Source: Felis catus (taxonomy: Eukaryota). From it: a stretch of DNA of 60,000 nucleotides. Location of the stretch: NCBI RefSeq assembly GCF_018350175.1, contig NC_058368.1, forward strand, positions 187,862,001 through 187,922,000, in the 5' to 3' direction. Within the stretch, counting starts at the first letter, position 1. Each line of letters opens with the position of its first letter. The notes below the pieces were generated by a model. That model was not told the DNA's origin, made no database searches, and saw only the letters and a list, made by a program, of their open reading frames with translations. Positions 55,101 through 60,000 of the stretch are shown in pieces. The translations under genes and the position numbers were made by a program.

Positions 55101-55433
55101 CTGTTTCTCTTCATCTGGCATGTTTTTTTCCAGTTCTATTAGGTATTCTTCATCTAGTTCAGAGGAATTCACATTATCATCAGGTTTGTTCTCAACCCTG
55201 TCCACTCCTGGCTCCTCCTTTTCAAATGAGGTGCTAGGGTCATGAAAACACTCCTCTTCTCCCTGGTCCTCCTGGGGATGGGCTTCAACATCCTTGAGCA
55301 ACTTGCTCTGGAAATGGTGATCTTTGGTATTAGAAACTGGAGGGCTAGCACACTCTGCTTCCTGGGGATCTGTAACTTTCAAACCATTGAAAAGATCCTC
55401 TGGAACCCTACAGTTTTCTGACTTCTCCCCCAT
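55101..55433 (-). CDS. TTC1: TTC1 exon 2 coding part (acidic N-terminus)
   Basis: ATG at 55433; 333 nt, MGEKSENC...SSELDEEYLIELEKNMPDEEKQ; donor gtaaat; acceptor cccag puts the exon start at 55465. The seven coding exons sum to 882 nt in frame. Confidence 0.97.
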
Positions 55434-55504
55434 GCTGGATCAGTGAGGAAGGTGAAGCTGAAGTTCTGGGAAAAGAGAAAATATGTTAGGTAATGGTGCT
55501 TATA

Positions 55505-55792
55505 CAGGTATCCACCACTTTCCAAAAGTATGCCTTATGCCACTTCGCTTTTAGCATTAGCATGGTACATTAGCATGGCAATAGCTCTTTTCGTAAAGTG
55601 AAAATCCCCTTCAGATTTCTTTTAGTGAAAACATGTAAATGTTAATGCAGGTCTTTGTAAAAGCAAACTGGTATAACTCGACCTTTTGGAAAGCAGGGGG
55701 TGGTGGGTGTGTGGATAATCTTTATTTTAAACTATTTTGGCTCAGGAAAGGTTTGATAAACGCTCAACTTTTGAGACAGCAGGGGAAACCTG
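55505..55792. mobile_element. TcMar-type MITE
   Basis: TA-caggtatcc...ggaaacctg-TA imperfect terminal inverted repeats with TA duplication. Confidence 0.6.
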
Positions 55793-56356
55793 TATTAAAA
55801 AAAAGATCCTACCTATTACACCTAAACAAATTTATACATCCAAACCCCAAAACACACCTTAACTTCCTTTCATTGAAATTATTATAAAGAAAAATTTGGT
55901 TATAAGCCCATAAATAATGCCAAACATAATTTTAACTGACACCCCTTTCAGAACTTCATATAAGCAACAAAAGAGAACGATTTTAATGTGACTCTTCCTT
56001 TTTCCACTGCTCAAATTTTGTCAGGGTTATAAAAAATGGGCATAAGCTAAAACAAAAGTAAGAAAAATGAAACGCCCCTAACCTTTATTGAGAACGAATA
56101 GCCAGGTCGTAAAAAAAAAAAAAATAATAATAATAATAATAAATAAAAAAATAAAATAAAATAAAATAAAAATACGGGCCTTTCCAGCACCACGATACGA
56201 AGCTCAAGAATAAGTATCTGACGGTGCTTAAAATGCAATCAGTGCCAAAACAGCGATTGTTAAATTCACCCAAGTGCGCGCTGTAGAGCCCACGCAGGTT
56301 ATAGTGTAAAGGAAATCGTGGCGCAGCTGGTCCTAATCAGGACTCAGGCACGAAAG

Positions 56357-56533
56357 AGTGGTTCTCAACCTTGGCTAAACACAATAATACTTGGGACGCT
56401 TTAGCAAGTACTGCTACCCAGATCTTATCCTCCACAGATTCTGATTTTGGAGTCTGGCGTAGGCCCAGGATACTCGTATTTTTAAAAAAGGCATCCCAGG
56501 TGATTCTAAGGTACAGCCGATTGAGAACCACTG
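56357..56533. mobile_element. MER5-like hAT element
   Basis: agtggttctcaa...ttgagaaccact inverted ends; cagattctgatt and cccaggtgattcta motifs. Confidence 0.8.
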
Positions 56534-56846
56534 CTGTAGAAGCTGAGTCAGACCGTCAGCAGCTCCACCCCTCACCCCTCTGGTCACAGCAAAATCACGC
56601 CAACGCCCCTTGTGTCGCGACAAGAGCCCGAATTCGTCCCAGCTCGTCCCAAGAAAACTTCAAAAAACAAGACCTTAATACTAAGACAGCCTCCACACAC
56701 AGTTTTGTTTCCCCTGGTTCCAGGTCTAGTAGAAGAATGCAGGAGTTTGAGTCCCCGGGGTTAAGAAGAGGCCACCCTACGCTTCCCAACAGTTTGTTCT
56801 CTGAGTCCCCCAACGCCTTAAGCGGACAGCCCCAGGTGGCACTCAC

Positions 56847-56925
56847 AGCTCCCCAGCTCCTCTTGTCCTCACCTTCCCAGCCTCTAAAATCTTCTATTTC
56901 CGTTCAGCCAAGTGCACTTCCGTCG
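56847..56925 (-). other. TTC1: Probable non-coding TTC1 exon 1
   Basis: In the CpG-rich region next to promoter motifs; donor GCT|gtgagt (exon end 56847), alternative AAG|gtgagg (56873); start site approximate. Confidence 0.6.
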
Positions 56926-57100
56926 GCGCCAACCAATGGCATCACTGTTGGCAAAGCATCCTGGGAAATGTAGTGGCACCCTCAGGGAGAAAGCACGTCG
57001 CTGTCGCGGTGTGTGACGCCATTGTACGGACTGAAATGCAGGCGGAAGTTACCATCTTGGGTTACGGCGAGAGTCCACATTACTCAGCACCTGCGGCAAA
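56900..57100. promoter_or_regulatory. TTC1: TATA-less housekeeping promoter of TTC1
   Basis: ZNF143/SBS motif ACTACATTTCCCAGGATGC (minus, 56956-56974); ETS CGGAAGT motifs (minus 56915-56922, plus 57041-57049); CCAAT 56933-56937; YY1-like CCATCTT at 57052-57058; local CpG enrichment. Confidence 0.8.
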
Positions 57101-57209
57101 AAGGTTGTCTCCAAGCTGTTCCATTTACTCCGTCACTCTGACCTCTTATGCTAACAATGTATAAAGGAATCCTGAAGCATGAACCCTGTCCAAAATAAAA
57201 TTTTCTCTC

Positions 57210-57640
57210 CAATGATTCTCAAAGTGTACCTTTCAAGGGGTCCATTGCTAGATCAAAACAGTTTTCATAATGACACTAAATTTGCCTTTCCCACACTTCT
57301 TTCATGAATATACAGTGTTTTCCAGAGGCTGTGTCATGTGATCGCGCAACGGCTTGAATGCAGAAGGAGCTCTGAGAATCCAGTAGTCTTCTGTTAAGCA
57401 AGAGACTTGCATAAATAAAACAATGCCACCCTTCACTATAGCATTTTTTGTTTTGGAAAATATAATGATTTATAACAAGATAATTTATGTTGGCATATAA
57501 TAGGTGTATTGTTATCTTAAATTAACAAATATTAAATATTTTTCAGTTCTAATTTCTAGTATAGTAAATATTGGTAAGTATAAGCCACATAAAAGCTTTT
57601 TGTGGTCCTCATTAATATTGAGTGTTAAAGGGGTCCTGGA
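57210..57640 (+). mobile_element. hAT-Charlie relic (MER119-like)
   Basis: ttctcaaagtgt...ttttccagaggct...tgaatgcagaag...gagaatccag...aaaacaatgccac...aaaggggtcctg. Confidence 0.7.
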
Positions 57641-58114
57641 ATCAAAGGGAGCTGTTGTCCAATGCATTCTTTCAAGAAATGTTTACTAAATGTTTATTAG
57701 GCCCCACACATTATGCTGGGAATACAGAATTGAAACATCCTTCAAGGTAGCCAGACAGGTAATCAGTAATAACAGCAGAGATTACTTAGTTTTCTTTAAC
57801 TCACAGAACCTATTGCAGAGATAGCTGGGAGGGACTTTATCAGGAAGGATATCTAACCTGTTTTTTGAATTTGTGTCTAAATGAAGTTATGCATACCCTC
57901 GTATTTTTGTGTACATCAAAAGCTTTAATATACAAAAACCATTAAAAATAGAATTTTTAGAATTCTATTCTAGAATAGAATAGACAATTTTAGAATTGTC
58001 CAGAATTTTGGAAACCTTTTAATATTAAAAAAATTTTTTAATATGGCAGGAACTAAAAAACTGTTCGGTATTTAGGCCTTTTATGACCTTTAAGAAGTCT
58101 TGTTAGGTGCAAAG

Positions 58115-59327
58115 AGATACAAACTTCCAGTTATAAAATAAATAAGTCACAGAGATGAAGGGTACAGCATAGGGAATATACTTAATAATATTGCAATAAT
58201 TTTATCTGGTAACAGTGACTACAGTTATGTAAGCATTGAGTAATGTACAGAATTGTCGAATCATTATGCTGTACACCTGAAACTAATATGACATTGTATG
58301 TCAACTATACTTCAATAATAATAAAAAAATAAGTCCTGTTAATTAAATTCTGGTGTAATTGAAAAGCTATGAATTTTGGAGCAAAATAAATAAGTAAATA
58401 CATAAAATAAACTTGAATTACAATATCAGCTCTTTTACTTTACTAGCTGTCCAACTTTGAATTATAATTCTAGTAACTAACATTTATTATGTGTTTATTA
58501 AGTGTCACATGCTGTGAAAAATGCTTTAGGTGGATTATTTGATTATTTGAATTCTAATTTGGCTCTGCCATTTGACTAGCTGTATGACTTTGCTGCAAAT
58601 TACTTAATGCCTCTAAACTTTCTATTTTTTAATGTTTATTTATTTTTGAGAGAAAGTGCAGCGCGAGTGGGGTAGAGGCAGAGGGAAAAGACAGAGGATC
58701 CTAAGCGGGGCTCGAACTCAAGAATGGAGAGATCATGACCTGAGCCGAAGTTGGATACTTAACTAACTGACCCACCCAGGAGCCCCAAATGCTTCTTCTA
58801 AACTTTAGTATATAAATTTGCCCTCAAATATAAAAATTGCGTTGGGTAACAATGATACCTCACCATTAAGTTTTGGGAGAAAGAAATGATGAAATCTCGG
58901 AGAACAGGGCTTGACACACACATAGTGTTTAATGAGTGTTAGAGACAATAATATTATGTGGCAAGCCTTGTGACTGTAGCTGGTTACAGGAAACCTAATA
59001 AGACACTGTCCCTGCCCTTCCCATTCCCAAGACTGCATAGGCTAGTCGGGGAAGGGGAGACTGGAAATAAGATAAAAGCACTACTGAGCCTGAAGGAAGA
59101 TGCAATCCACTCTCTTTTTTTTTTTTAATGTTTATTTTTTTGAGAGAGCCAGCAACAGAGCATGTGCAGGGGAGGGGCAGAGAGAGAAGAAGACACAGAA
59201 TTCGAAGCAGGCTCCAGGCTCTGAGCTGTCATCACGGAGCCAGATATGGGGCTTGAACCCATGAACCGTGAGATCATGACCTGAGCTGAAGTTGGATACT
59301 TACCTAACTGAGCCACCCAGGTGCCCC
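58115..59327. mobile_element. L1 3' fragment (~58115-58330 +), MIR-like relics, two CAN-SINEs (~58621-58786 -, ~59115-59327 -)
   Basis: Recognisable L1 3' UTR and SINE motifs. Confidence 0.8.
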
Positions 59328-60000
59328 TCAGTCTTTTTTTTTTTTTTTTTTTTTTTAACCAAGGGCCAACACCCAATTGGCCCACTTTAGCAATTCTTCA
59401 CTAATAAGATATTTGAGTTATGCTGTTGAAAGAGTAATAGTTAATTAAAAGGAAAAAAAAACAGGAAAGGCTGAAGGACAACATAAAAATATCGGACTAT
59501 TTTTGGAAACGACAAGTAGCTGGATGTTGCTATAGAGTACAAAGCAAGAAACAAATTTTTACAAATGGAAGCCTACTAATCAGATCCTGGAACTGTGGAA
59601 ATTTTGTCTTTGTGCTCACAGCCACTATTATAAAAGGAAAAGAAATGTTTTTCATTGAGAAGTCCGTTCTGTTATTATTTTCCTGAGGCAGAGACCATGT
59701 CTGTCTTGTCAGTTGTAAGGGATCAGTGAACATCCTGTTATCACATGGGTGAATGGTTCTCTTCCAAGAATTTATGGATAACTAACCTGGATGTAAATCA
59801 AAAAATAAATTAATTAAAAAAAAGAATTTATGGCTAAAACAATGCGTAACCTGGTGCTCTGATGAGTTAGTTGTATAAAGAGCTTTGAGACTTCTGGAAT
59901 TATCTTATAGGATTATTGTAAGAATTAAGTGGTCATGTCTTATCTAAAACACAAGTGAAGTGCTCAATATAGAAAAAAATACTTTAATTGTAACAGCCCT

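Noticed and set aside
56371..56973. 200-aa plus-strand ORF over intron 1 and the promoter
   Set aside because: Starts at a TTG inside a MER5-like element, is Ser/Pro-rich and resembles no protein I recognise; expected by chance in GC-rich DNA.
8301..57640. Two MER119-like elements in the same orientation flanking the whole TTC1 gene, resembling a composite transposon
   Set aside because: Both are heavily diverged copies of an abundant ancient family, no shared outer TSD is visible, and the gene appears to be in its usual syntenic position.
57955..58015. Possible heat-shock element upstream of a co-chaperone gene
   Set aside because: Only two correctly spaced inverted nGAAn units (ttctagaa); no canonical three-unit element.
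6522..59385. Recurring short ORFs of the type MAQSV..PTSAQVMIS..SLEPASDSVSPSL
   Set aside because: Translations of CAN-SINE bodies, not a gene family.
1..60000. CRISPR arrays, operons, rRNA or tRNA genes
   Set aside because: None seen; tRNA-like boxes are all SINE heads and the sequence is plainly mammalian.

Overview
Mammalian genomic DNA from a carnivore, most likely a felid (about 40 CAN-SINEs including SINEC_Fc-type copies). The window holds the complete TTC1 gene on the minus strand: a CpG-rich promoter at ~56.9 kb, a non-coding exon 1 and seven coding exons with GT-AG introns (882 nt CDS, 293 aa), ending at a poly(A) signal at 9778-9783. The first ~1.5 kb looks like the 3' UTR end of a convergent plus-strand gene, probably PWWP2A by recalled synteny. 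Introns carry SINEs, L1 fragments, ancient DNA transposons, LTRs and a BTF3 processed pseudogene. I see no new multi-gene system. The best leads are small-scale: SINE target-site duplications (TSDs) that copied the splice donors of exons 3 and 6, an inverted SINE pair around exon 6, a TSD-bounded composite insertion carrying non-SINE DNA, an orphan polyadenylated insert inside an LTR, and a possible spliced antisense ORF in the last intron. Repeat family names and orthologue comparisons are from memory, not database searches.
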